Shown piece after piece: positions 27,344-45,235 of a stretch of DNA of 64,000 nt. Origin of the DNA: the human T2T-CHM13v2.0 reference genome, Homo sapiens; the NCBI RefSeq assembly GCF_009914755.1, contig NC_060928.1. The stretch is one strand, 5' to 3'. Under the pieces are notes generated by a model. It saw only the letters and a list, made by a program, of their open reading frames with translations. It had not been told where the DNA came from and searched no databases. Both the position numbers and the translations under genes were made by a program. Positions within the stretch are counted from its first letter, which is position 1; the number at the start of each line of letters is the position of its first letter.

Positions 27344-28370
27344 TTATATTTTGGTGTGTTTTTGCAGTGGCTGGTACCAGTTGTTCCTTTCCATATTTAG
27401 TATTTCCTTCAGGAACTCTTGTAAGGCAGATCTGGTGGTGACAAAATCCCTCAATATTTGCTTGTCTGTAAAGAATTTTATTCCTTCTTCACTTATGAAG
27501 CTTAGTTTGGCTGGATATGAAATTCTGGGTTGAAAATTCTTTTCTTTAAGAATGTTGAATATTGGCACCTCACTCTCTTTTGGCTTGTAGTGTTTCTGCA
27601 GAGAGATCCACTGTTAGTGTGATGGGTTTCCCTTTGTAGGTAACCTGACCTTTCTCTCTGGCTGCCCTTAACATTTTTTCCTTCATTTCAACCTTGGAGA
27701 ATCTGATGATTATGTGTCTTGGGGTTGCTTTTCTCAAGGAGTATCTTAGTGGTGTTCTCTGTATTTCCTGAATTTGAATATTGGCCTGTCTTGCTAGGTT
27801 GAAGAAGTTCTCCTGGATAATATCCTGAAGTGTGTTTTCCAACTTGGTTCCATTCTCCCTGTCACTTTCAGGCACACCAATCAATCATAGGTTTGGTCTT
27901 TTTACATAGTCCCATATTTCTTGAAGGCTTTATTCATTCCTTTTCATTCTTTTTTCTCTAATCTTGTCTTCATGGCTTATTTCAGTAAGTTGATCTTCAA
28001 TCTCTGATAACCTTTCTTCCACTTGATCAATTCAGCTATTGATACTTGTATATGCTTCATGAAGTTCTCATGCTGTGTTTTTCAGCTCTATCAGGTCATT
28101 GATGTTCTTCTCTAAACTGGTTATTCTAGTTAGCAGTTCCTGTAACCTTTTATCAGGGTTCTTAGCTTCCTTGCTTTAGGTTAGAACATGCTCCTTTAGT
28201 TCAGAGGAGTTTATTATTACCCACCTTCTGAAGTCTACTTCTGTCAATTAATCAATCTCATTCTCTGTCCAGTTTTGTGTGCTTGCTGGAGAGGAGTGGC
28301 GATCATTTGGAGGAGAAGAGGCATTCCGGGTTTTGAAATTTTCAGCATTTTTGCACTGGTTTTTCCTCAT
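27344..28370 (-). pseudogene. L1 ORF1 remnant
   Basis: IGVPESD...PRHIIIRF, NFQPRISYPAKLSF; broken frame. Confidence 0.9.
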
Positions 28371-29706
28371 CTTCGTGGATTTATCTTTGACATTTGAGGC
28401 TGATGACTTTTGGATGGGGTTTTTGTAGGGGGTCCTTTATGTTGATGTTGATGTTGTTGCTTTCTGTTTGTTAGTTTTTCTTCTAATGGTGAGACCCCTC
28501 TTCTGCATGTCTGCTGCAATTTTCTGGAGGTCCACTCCAGATACTGTTCACTTGGGTATCACTGTGGAGGCAGTAGAAGAGCAAAAATTGCACCTTCTTC
28601 TTCCTCTGGAAGCTTCATCCCAGAGGGCCACTGGCCTGATGTCAGCCAGAGCTCTCCTACATGAAGTGTCTGTCAACCCCTGTTGGGAGGTTTCCCCCAG
28701 TCAAGAGGCACGGGGGTCAGGGACCCACTTTAGGAGGCAGTCTGTCCATTAGCAGAGCTGCTGTGCTGTGCTGGGAGAATCCCTCTTGTCAGGATCAGCT
28801 GCTCCCTTCAGAGCCAGCAGGCAGGAAGGATGAAATCCTCTGAAGCTACACCCACAGCCACCCTTTCCCCCAGGTGCTCTGTCCCAGGGAGATGGGAGTT
28901 TTGTCTGTAAGCCCCTGACAGGAGCTGTTACCTTTCCTTCAGAGATGCCCTGCCCATTGAGGAGGAATCTAGAGAAGCAGTCTGGCTACAGCAGCTTTGC
29001 TGTGCTCTGGTGGGTTCTACCCAGTCCAGACCTTCTGGCCTCCTTAGCACTATCAGAAGAAAACCACCTACTAAAGCCTCAGTAATGGTGGACACCCCTC
29101 CCCCCACCAAGCTTGATCATCCCAGGTTGACTTCAGACTGTTGTGCTAGTAGCAGGAATTTCAAGCCAGTGGTTCTTAGCTTGCTGGGCTCCATGGGAGT
29201 GGGATGCACTGGGCGAGACAACTTGGCTCCCTGGCTTCAGCCCCCTTTCCAGGGGAGTGAATGGTTCTGTCTTGCTGGGGTTCCAGGCGCCACTGTGGTA
29301 TGAAAAAAAACTCCTGCAGCTAGCTCAATGACTGCCCAAACAGCTGCCCAGTTTTATGCTTGAAACCCAGGTCCCTGGTGGTGTAGGCACATGAGGGAAT
29401 CTCCCGATCTGCAGATTGCAAACACCGTGGAAAAAGTGTAGTAACCTGCTGAGTAGCACAGTCCCTCATGGCTTCACTTGGCTGAGGGAGGGAGGGCCTT
29501 GGGCTCCTTGCACTTTCTGAGTGAAGTGATGCCCCACCCTGCTTCTGCTTGCCCTCCATTGGTCAGACTCACTTCCTAACCAGTCTTAATGAGATGAACT
29601 GGGTATCTCAGTTGGAAATGCAGAAATCACCTGCCTTCTGCATTGGTCTCACTGGGAGCTGCAGACTGGAGTTGTTCCTATTCAGCCATCTTGGCCCCTC
29701 CTCTGA

Positions 29707-30855
<1,149 letters not shown>

Positions 30856-31898
30856 GAAAAAAACAGCATGGCTTCTCCTGTTGCCTCAAGTGTGGTCAAA
30901 CACAGTTGGGATGCTAAGGGTTAAAGGGAGGGAAAAAAATACTTGGAGACAGAAAGACCAAATTGTTATTAAACCAACCCATTATTTAAAACCCTTTCTT
31001 TCTCAGAAAGTGAAAAGGAAAATGGGCTGGTATGTTTGTATAAATAGTAGCCGTGTTATACTCCATCTGGGAAAAAGATTATCAATGTTATAATTACATA
31101 TTTCAGTTGAAAAGAACCTAACTGCCCTTTTTATTGCAAATGCATCCACTTTTTCTCAGATGACTAAGATGTGGTCAAACCTTCACCTCAACTCCTGGCT
31201 CTAATGGGATCATTTGGGCAAAAACTTCCTATTCATAGCCCTCAATTACTCCCACTGCAACTAAAAGTTTATAGAATTTCAGAGTTGGAACAAGTAAGAG
31301 TCATCTACCCAAGAAAATGTGGGTGGGAACACGACAGTAGGTCTAAGATGGGGCCAAGTACTTAGGATCTGAGCCCCAACTTTTTTCAAACAAGGAACTG
31401 CCTCATTTTTTCTTCTCTATGTATTTGTCTTCCACCTAAGATTTCATTCATTTGTAGAAAGAGTTTTATGGGTTAAAAAAAGACAAAAGCAAATAAACAA
31501 GTTTGAAAGCCACTGATTTGGCCCAACATCTCATCCAATGCTACTGTATCCCTGCCAAGCATTCATTTAGTCTATGCTGCAGGATCCCTGGGAAGGAGAC
31601 CTCCCTATCTTATGAAACAGATTATTCTATTGAATCTTTAGAGAACAGAAACTGTCAGAAAGCCCTTTCTTCTATTGAGGCCAGGGGCATCTTATACACT
31701 CTCATACCTGGTAGTACCAAACTATTATCACCTATTCTTAGAGAAAATAGAGGAGGATAAAAAAGAAGGAGGTGCAAGAAAAAGAGAATAAGAAAGAAGG
31801 ATAGGAAAATTATAAGAAATAGAACAATTTCATGATGTGTTTGCAAAATTCAGTCATTCCACCCTCATAATTTTTGCCATATTAAGCTATATTCATAT

Positions 31899-33655
31899 TT
31901 TCTTAACAGCTTCATTGAGGTATAATTGATATTCAGTAAGCTGAACATGTTTAAAGTATACAGGTTGATGAGTTTTGACATGCATATACACTCATTACCA
32001 CAATCAAAATGCTGAACATATTAACCAATCCAAAAAATTTCTTTGTACCACTCTGTAGTCTCTCCCACACACTTCTCTCTGACTTTCATCTACAGGCAAT
32101 AACGGATCTTCTTTCTATCATTACAGATTAGTTTGCATTTTCCAGGTGTTTATATTAATGGACACATTCAATATACACTCCATTTTCATCTTTTTTTATT
32201 CTTCTGGTTTCATTCACTCAGTATGATTATTTTGAAATCCATCCATGTTGTTGTGTGTATCAGTAACGTATTTCCTTTTGTGACTGAGAAGTTTGCCATT
32301 GTATGAGTGTATCACAATTTGTTTATCTATTTGCCTTGATGGACATTTGAGTTGTTTTCAATATTTGGCTATTATACATAAAGCTTATATGAATATCTGT
32401 ACCAGTCTTTATATGAACACATGCTTTCATTTCTCCTGTATATCTAACAGTGAAAGGGCTGAATCATTGCATAGTTGTATATTTAACTTTTTAGGAAACT
32501 GGAAAACTGTTTTTCAAATGGACTTACCATAGTTTGTTCCTACACGCAATGTATGAGAGTTCCAGTTGCTCCATACACTTGTCAACACTTGCTATGGTCA
32601 GTCTTTTTAATTTTAGCCATTCTAATAGGTGTTTAGTGGTATCTCATTAGGGTTTCAATATCATTTCTCTAATAACTAATGGTGTTGAGCATATTTTCAT
32701 AAGTTTATTTACTAACCACAAATATTTTTTGCTAAAATGTCTCCTCAAATCTTTTGTCCAGTATTGAGTTGTTGGTTTTCTTAGTGCTGAGTTTTTTATT
32801 TATTGTGAAGACAAGTCATTTAGCAGATAAGAGATTTTCAAGTATTTTACCCAGTTTGTGACTTAAAAAAAATTCTTCTAAGAGCATCTTTCTAAGAGCA
32901 AAAGTTCTTTTGATAAAGCTCAATTTATTTTTTATCTTTTATGAGTTGTGCGTTTTGTGTTGTATCTAAAAAGTCTTTGTCTAACCCAGAGCTACAAAGG
33001 AGAATCACTTGAACGTAGGTTTTCTTCTAGAAATTTTACAGTTTTATGTTTTACATTTAGGTCTTTGATCCATTGTGGATGAACTTTTGTATCTAGGATG
33101 AGATCTAGATCAAAGGTTTTGTATGTTTGTGCTCACAGATAGTAGAGTTTCCAGCACCATTTGTTGAAAAAAAAAAAAAAAACTATAGTTTCCAGGGCGT
33201 GTTCCTTCTCATCTTTTCAGCTGCTCCTTTCTCAGCCTGTGATCATTTCCTCCCATGCATCACTGGTCAGGCTCCTCTATACACAGTCAGTTATCTGGAA
33301 CACTGTCTGTGCGGGTCTTTTCTCTCTTAGTCTGCCCTGTGAACTCCAGCTATCTTGGCTTCCCTGGGCTCCCAAATGTGGATCTGGAATCAGGAAAACC
33401 ACCACTCAGCTCTGCCTGCATTCCCCAACACTGCATCATGATCTAGAAATGTTCTCCAGGTAATAAGAGCTCAGGGGGTTACAGGGTTCACATCATTTGC
33501 TTCTCATCAATTAGGGATCCTTATTCTTCATTGCCTGGTACCCATAATCTTGAGTACTGTTGCTTCATATGTATATTCACATTTTTGACTCTTTCAGGTA
33601 GGAGGCTAAATTTGGATCTGGTTACTCCAAAGGGGACTGGAAGTGGAAATCCCCC
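31899..33655 (-). mobile_element. Old L1M (MC/MB-type) fragments
   Basis: cagcttcattgaggtataattga...aaagtatacag..., ttttagccattctaataggtg, ccagcaccatttgttgaaaa; the distal 33190-33655 part is less certain. Confidence 0.75.
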
Positions 33656-34040
33656 ATAGTCATTTAACCTAACATATCCGTTTTTAAAAGACTAACGTTT
33701 CCTTTACTCACCCTAAGCATTTATAATAATGTTACAATAATAATCACAGATTTGAGACATTGGCATTAAATTTTTATTCTTTTTTTCTCTTACAATTGCA
33801 TATTGATTCACACATTCGTTATTTATTTATTTTTTATTATACTTTCAGTTTTAGGGTACATGTGCACAACATGCAGGTTTGATACATATGTATACATGTG
33901 CCATGTTGGTGTGCTGCATCCATTAACTCTTCACTTAACATTAGGTATATCTCCCAATGCTATCCCTTCCCCCTCACCCCACCCCACAACAGGCCCCAGA
34001 GTGTGATGTTCCCCTTCCTGTGTCCATGTGTTCTCATTGT

Positions 34041-37883
<3,843 letters not shown>

Positions 37884-37931
37884 TTATTTTGCTTGTTAGT
37901 TGATGCAGTTTCTTCCTAGCCTCGATGGTCT

Positions 37932-38947
37932 TTACAATTTGGCATGTTTTTGCAGTGGCTGGTATCGGTTGTTCCTTCCCATGTTTAGTGCTTCCTTCAG
38001 GAGCTCTTTTAGGGCAGGCCTGGTGGTGGCAAAATCTCTCAGCATTTGCTTGTCTGTAAAGCATTTTATTTCTCCTTCACTTGTGAAGCTTAGTTTGGCT
38101 GGATATGAAATTCTGGGTTGAAAATTCTTGTCTTTCAGAATGTTGAATATTGGCCCCCACTCTCTTCTGGCTTGTAGAGTTTCTGCCGAGAGATCAGCTG
38201 TTAGTCTGATGGGCTTCCTTTTGTGGGTAACCCGACCTTTCTCTTTGGCTGCCCTTAACATTTTTTCCTTCATTTCAACTTTGCTGAATCTGACAGTTAA
38301 GTGTCTTGCAGTTGCTCTTCTCGAGGAGTATCTTTGTGGCATTCTCTGTATTTCCTGAATTTGAATATTGGCCTGCCTTGCTAGATTGTGGAAGTTCTCC
38401 TGGATAATATCCTGCAGAGTGTTTTCCAACTTGGTTCCATTCTCCCCGTCACTTTCAGGTACACCAATGAGACGTAGATTTGGTCTTTTCACATAGTCCC
38501 ATATTTCCTGGAGGCTTTGTTCGTTTCTTTTTATTCTTTTACTCTAAACTTCTCTTCTCGCTTCATTTCAATCATTTGATCTTCCATCACTGATACCCTT
38601 TCTTCCAGTTGATCAAATCGGCTACTGAGGCTTGTGCATTCATCACGTAGTTCTTGTGTGGTGGTTTTCAGCTCCATCAGGTTATTTAAGGACTTCTCTG
38701 CATTGGTCATTCTAGTTAGCCATTCTTCTAATCTTTTTTCAAAGTTTTTAACTTCTTTGCCATGGGTTCGAACTTCCTCCTTTAGCTCAGAGTAGTTTGA
38801 TCGTCTGAAGCCTTCTTCTCTCAACTCGTCAAAGTCATTCTCCATCCACCTTTGTTCCATTGCTGGTGAGGAACTGCGTTCCTTTGGAGGAGGAGAGGCA
38901 CTCTGATTTTTAGAGTTTCCAGTTTTTCTGCTCTGTTTTTTCCCCAT
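37932..38947 (-). pseudogene. L1 ORF1 with a frameshift near 38530
   Basis: MGKKQSRKTGNSK... (138 aa) and ...KRPNLRLIGVPE...QPLQKHAKL in different frames. Confidence 0.92.
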
Positions 38948-39522
38948 CTTTGTGGTTTTATCTACCTTTGGTCTTTGATGATGGTGACGTGCAGATGGGG
39001 TTTTGGTGTGGATGTCCTTTCTGTTTGTTAGTTTTCCTTCTAACAGTCAGGACCCTCAGCTGCAGGTCTGTTGGAGTTTGCTGGAGGTCCACTGCAGACC
39101 CTGTTTTCCTGGGTATCAGCAGCAGAGGCTGCAGAACAGCGGATATTGGTGAATAGCAAATGTTGCTGCCTGATCGTTCCTCTGGAAGTTTTGTCTCAGA
39201 GGAGTACCTGGCCGTGTGAGGTGTCAGTCTGCCCCTACTGGGGGGTGCCTCCCAGTTAGGCTACTCGAGGGTCAGGAACCCACTTGAGGAGGCAGTCTTT
39301 CCGTTCTCAGGTCTCCAGCTGCGTGCTGGGAGAAACACTACTCTCTTCAAAGCTGTCAGAGAGGGATATTTAAGTCTGCAGAGGTTTCTGCTGCCTTTTG
39401 TTGGGCTATGCCCTGCCCCCAGAGGTGGAGTCTACAGAGGCAGGCAGGCCTCCTTGAGCTGCGGTGGGCTCCACCCAGTTTGAGCTTCCTGGCTGCTCTG
39501 TTTACCTACTCAAGCCTCAGCA

Positions 39523-39777
39523 ATGGCGGGCACCCCTCCCCCAGCCTCGCTGCCACCTTGCAGTTTGATCTCAGACTGCTGTGCTAGCAATGAGCGAGGC
39601 TCCATGGGCGTAGGACCCTCCGAGCCATGTGCAGGATATAATCTCCTGGTGTGCCATTTGCTAAGACCATTGGAAAAGTGCAGTATTAGGGTGGGAGTGA
39701 CCCGATTTTCCAGGTGCCGTCTGTCACCCCTTTCTTTGACTAAGAAAGGGAATTCCCTGACCCCTTGCACTTCCTGA
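39523..39777 (+). CDS. L1 ORF0 homolog (antisense 5' UTR ORF), 84 aa, open; expression unknown
   Basis: MAGTPPPASLPPCSLISDCCASN...RVGVTRFSR matches primate L1 ORF0; true ATG in gcaATGG context. Confidence 0.6.
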   Translation: MAGTPPPASLPPCSLISDCCASNERGSMGVGPSEPCAGYNLLVCHLLRPLEKCSIRVGVTRFSRCRLSPLSLTKKGNSLTPCTS

Positions 39778-40069
39778 ATGAGGCAATGCCTCGCCCTGCT
39801 TCAGCTCATGCTCGGTGCACTGCACCCACTGTCTGACACTCCCCAGTGAGATGAACCTGGTACCTCAGTTGGAAATGCAGAAATCACCCATCTTCTGCAT
39901 CACTCACGCTGGGAGCTGTAGACTGGAGCTGTTCCTATTTGACCATCTTGACTCCACCCCCCTTAAATTTTTATTCTAATGCACATTAACGTAAATATCA
40001 CACTATTTTTTATGTCTATTTATATTCACCTGTTTTGGCGTGAAAGGTAATATTACGTTGAAAAACATC

Positions 40070-40612
<543 letters not shown>

Positions 40613-41672
40613 AACATCACACTATTAACATTTGTAAATGTATATCTGTGTATCACCCCCAAATTATCATGCTTACCCTATGAGTACCCGTACCACAGAT
40701 TGAGCAAAACCAGCTTTAAGTACTCAGCTCGGCTGCCCTGCGTTAGTCACCTCCCTCCACCAGTGCATACCATGAGCATAAAATAGTTTCTGGGAGGTCA
40801 GTGATTCACTTGGTATTTACTTGTTTTCTAGACTTTAGGAAAAAGGAAATCTTTCTATATGAAAATCATGTACACATCTACAGAAAACCTCATCTTTGTT
40901 GTGTTCCAGAGCTTTAAAAGCAAGCAGCACATCTGCTGCAACATCCTCTCATGCCTGCATCAGAGCCTGGAGCCCACCTTGACTGGCGCCCACACCTGGC
41001 AGGAAAGGTGAAGGTCCTGTGCTTGCTCCTCCTCTGCTCTGCTGGTCACCAGCTGGTGGGTCAGTCAGCTGGACCTGCACAACATTGAGGAGGCTGGTGG
41101 TGACCGCTGCAGCTCTGCATAGTTGGGGATTTGGGGATGTGGAAGGAAATTGTTTAACTCTCTGGTGGAATCAAACCAATCAATATCGCTATTTGGGCTT
41201 TCAATTAAAAACAGAACAATAAATCCTATCCTCCTTTTTCGCAAAGCTTCACTTATGTCCTACATTTGTGTTACTGACAGGAAGTTGGGGGCTGCAGAGA
41301 GTAAATTTTGGTATGCTAGGTATATGCCCCTACAAGGAAGATCAGTGCTCAATAATAATGAGAAGACTTCCTGGCTTTTCCTGCCAACTCCCAGGAAGGG
41401 TTTACTGCCTTGCAAAGAGTTCTAACTTCTTCAAAACAAGCTCTCAGGAAAGGGCCGGAGAGTAGCTCTTTGTTAATCATTGATTTTACTGAAGTGATTC
41501 CAGGGATCGCAGGTGCAAACAGCCTGTAGGACCAGCTTTAGAAAAAGCCATGTCACAAAGACACGTGGCATTTGACGTGCACATCAGCATTAGAGATCAA
41601 AAGGGACTCTGTGTCTGTAGGACTGGAGAAGGTATGACCTGTCTAAGGAAGACCCCCTGGTGCCAGTTGTTG

Positions 41673-41675
<3 letters not shown>

Positions 41676-41727
<52 letters not shown>
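41676..41727. repeat. (TG)26 microsatellite in an Alu tail
   Basis: Direct reading. Confidence 0.95.
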
Positions 41728-42060
<333 letters not shown>

Positions 42061-42409
42061 TAATCCGAAGATACAGATTTTTTTTTCCCATGAGAAATTT
42101 CCTGGTAGTTTGTAACTTTAGAAACAGATAAAAGAAGGACACTGAAGAATCTAAAAACCAAAAATGAGTGGACTGAACCATAAGTCACCATTGGACAAAC
42201 TTTTGGCATTACCTTTTATCACAGGACTCCATATTGTAGAACTTCTCTGCCATTGTTGTATAAAGAAGTTGATTCCTCTTTATCAGTTGGATAGGGTTAT
42301 GGAGAAGTCAAGAGAGTGAGAGATGGAATAAACAGATTAGATTGTGTTAAAGTTCTGCTTTTTTGGTAAACATAAAACTGGTTCAATATCTGCAGTTTCA
42401 AAAAGTTTA

Positions 42410-43420
42410 ACCTAGGTTCCTCAAAAAATTAAAAATAGAATTGCCATATGATCCAGCAATTCTACTTCTGAGTATACAACAAAAAGAATGGAAAACAGGA
42501 TCTCAAATAAATACTTGTACATCCATGTTTATGGCAGCATAGTTCATTGTATTAGGCTGTTGTTGCATTGTTACAAAGAAATACCTAAGACTCAGTAATT
42601 TGTAAGAAAAGAGGTTTAATCGGCTCATGGTTCTGTAGGCTGTGCAGGAAGCATAGCAGCATCTGCTTCCAGGGAGGTCTCAAGAAGCTTCCAGTCATGG
42701 TGGAAGGCAAACAGGAAGCAGCCACATTTCATGGCAAAAAAAATAGGAGCAAGGAGCGGGGGAGGTGCCAAACACTTTTAAATGATCAGATCTCACAAAA
42801 ACGTACTATCACTAGGACAGTACCAAGGGGGATGGTGATAAATCATCCATGAAAAATCCACCCCCATGATCCAATCACCTCCCACCAAGCCCCACTTCCA
42901 ATATTGAAGATTACATTTCCATATGAGATTTGGGTGGGGACACACACCCAAACTCTATCATTCATAATAGCTAACATGTAGGAGCAACCCAAGTGTCCAC
43001 TGATGAATGAATGGATAAACAAAATGTGGTACACACATATAATAGAATATTATTCAGCTGCAAAAAGGAAGGAAATTCTGACACATGGATGAAACTTGAG
43101 GACAGTATGCTAAGTGAAATCTGCCAACAACAAAAAAAGACAAATAGTGCATGATTCCACTTATATGAGGTACTTAGAATAATCAAAACCATAGAAACAG
43201 AAAGTACAGTGGTGGTTGCCAGAGGCTTGTGTGGAGGAGGGAATGGAGTTACTGTTTAATGGGCACAGAGTTTCAGTTTTACAAGATGAAAAGAGTTCTG
43301 GAGGTAGATGGTGGTGATGAACATATAGCACTACAAATGTACTTAATACCACTGAACTGTATACTTAACATGGGTAAGATGGTAAATTTTATGTTATGTG
43401 TATTTTACCACAATTTTAAA
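42410..43420 (+). mobile_element. L1MB-type 3' end, interrupted by an MSTA LTR
   Basis: ttcctcaaaaaattaaaaatagaattgccatatgatccagcaat...gatggtaaattttatgttatgtgtattttaccacaa. Confidence 0.85.
42548..42960 (-). mobile_element. MSTA-type MaLR solo LTR
   Basis: tgtattagg...aaactctatca with perfect 5-bp TSD ttcat at 42543-42547 / 42961-42965. Confidence 0.9.
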
Positions 43421-43534
43421 TAACTGAGGAATAAAAAGTTCAGCCTGTTAGAGTTGTTGACAAATATAATGACTATTCACATAGTCCTGTGATCTAAAGT
43501 TACAATTCTTGCTATTTAGTAGCAGGGTATAAAG

Positions 43535-43907
43535 AGCATTAAGTAAGGAAAGCTAACTGCTGTTACATGTAAAATGGCTCAAGCATAGTAAGAGTTTATG
43601 TCTCACTCACTTACACAGTCCAGGGCAGTTCCAGATTACCACGGGATCTGCTCAACATGTTGTTCAGGGACCAAGGCTGAAAGACAGCTTCTGCCATCTT
43701 CAATACTCAGCTTTCAAAGTCATCCCCTGTGTCAATATCCAGCAGCAGAAGAAGAAAGAATATGGGAGGTTTCTATGGGCCGGTCTGGGAGTGGCTGGCA
43801 TCATTTTTGCTCACATTTCACTTCAAGGGAAGCTAGAAAATGCATTTTCATGCTGTGCCAAGAAGGAAAGAAAATGGTTCGGTGACCAGCTGGCAATCTC
43901 TGACACA
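43535..43907 (-). mobile_element. Old ERVL/MaLR LTR (LTR33-like)
   Basis: gctaactgctgttaca...tcagggaccaaggctga...tgctgtgccaagaagg...caatctctgacaca. Confidence 0.55.
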
Positions 43908-44284
43908 TAAAGGAGGGCCCAAAGTAAACTGGCTATGAGGTTAAAATTTGGGAGAGTATGCACACCAATTTCAGGAAATGTTGCTGGCTCAGATACTTCA
44001 GAATTCAAGGAAAGATTTAGGAAACACAATTTTCTAGGGGACTCATCAAATTCAGATTTGGGAGAAATGTTCAGGCCATTTTGTAAATTAGCTTTACCAG
44101 TGGTCAGTAGAAAGAACCTGGACCCTGCTACTAACTGGGTCTGTGATCCTGGAGCAGTTTTAACTGGTCTTAGATTAATATTTCCTTTCTATCAAATGGA
44201 AATTAAAATATATAATTATCAGCATTGTTCTAAGAATTTGAGGCAATTTATGTAACATACCTGTATGATACACAGTTGTTACAA

Positions 44285-44685
44285 ATCCAGCCAAATGATT
44301 ATCCAGGCTCTGTGAAAAATATCTCCATGAGCAGGGAACTCAGTGCCTCCAATGTCTATGCAGACCTGACAGCCAGAAATCTTTCTCTTCAGCAAAATCA
44401 GTTTTCCCGTTGAACCATACTTCTATCTACTGAAACTACACAGAACAAAGTGAATCATTCTTTCACAGGCCAGTTCCTCAGACATTTGAAAGTGGCACTC
44501 CTACTTACTCTAAATCTGCTCTTCCAGTTTCTTCAACTTTGAATTTCTCACCAATCATGTTGCTGTTATCTGAACACTTCTACTTTGTCTTTAGGCCCCT
44601 TGAAATGTGATTCACAGATGAGAATACTGCACCCCAAGTAAGACTGGACCAGCATAGAGTACGATAGTAGCATTCCTCCTTTTGT
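44285..44685 (-). mobile_element. L3/CR1 LINE fragment
   Basis: cagggaactcagtgcctcc, cacagaacaaagtgaatc, cagacatttgaaag, ctggaccagcatagagtac. Confidence 0.55.
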
Positions 44686-44699
44686 TTAAAAATGTATTT

Positions 44700-45235
44700 G
44701 TCAGGGTTAGGGTATCAGTTATGCTGCTGTAACAAAAAGACTTGAAAATGCAATTGTTCAAATAAGAGAGAAATCTCTTTTTCTCTCATGTAACAGTTCA
44801 ACGATAGGCAGGTTGTCCAGGACAAATGTGTGGTTTATTCAAACACCAAAGTTTCTTTTACTTTCAAGCTTTTCTGTCCTGTAGGATATTGTTGTCTGTA
44901 TGGTGACATCTGGTCTGCCAATGCAGACCTGCCAATGCACATCCAAGTTCCAGCCTACCCTATAGGGAGGAAGAAGGAGAGGAAGTGGAATGACATTCTT
45001 TTATGGCAGTGAACACAAGTTATGCCCATCACTCCTCAATTCTGCTCACCTTCCATTAGTGAGAGCTTAGTCACATGGTCATAGCCAGCTGCAAGGGAGA
45101 CAAGGGGGTGTCAATTCTATTTCGGAGGCTAGGAGGACAGTGGAACAATGTATTTTGCTAAAACTGGCAGTGGGTTCCGTTACTAGGGACAAGTGGAAAA
45201 TGGACACAGGACAATTGATTAAGCATCTCTGCCAT
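44700..45235 (-). mobile_element. Old ERVL/MaLR LTR (MLT1K/LTR33-like)
   Basis: tatgctgctgtaacaaa...cttagtcacatggtcatagccagctgcaagggag...catctctgcca. Confidence 0.55.

Larger units (their letters stand above)
23231..29704 (-). mobile_element. Full-length L1PA8-like LINE-1 (inactive)
   Basis: Poly(T) at 23231, 3' UTR with ggttttaagccctgcatgcattagg (PA8-type), ORF1/ORF2 remnants, 5' end with YY1 site (caagatggct on minus); TSD tatcattctt at 23223-23232 / 29719-29728. Confidence 0.95.

Noticed and set aside
30865-33765. Spacer currently inverted between the two L1 copies
   Set aside because: Both L1s still have correctly paired TSDs and the MER113A-like pieces are collinear across the L1PA4.
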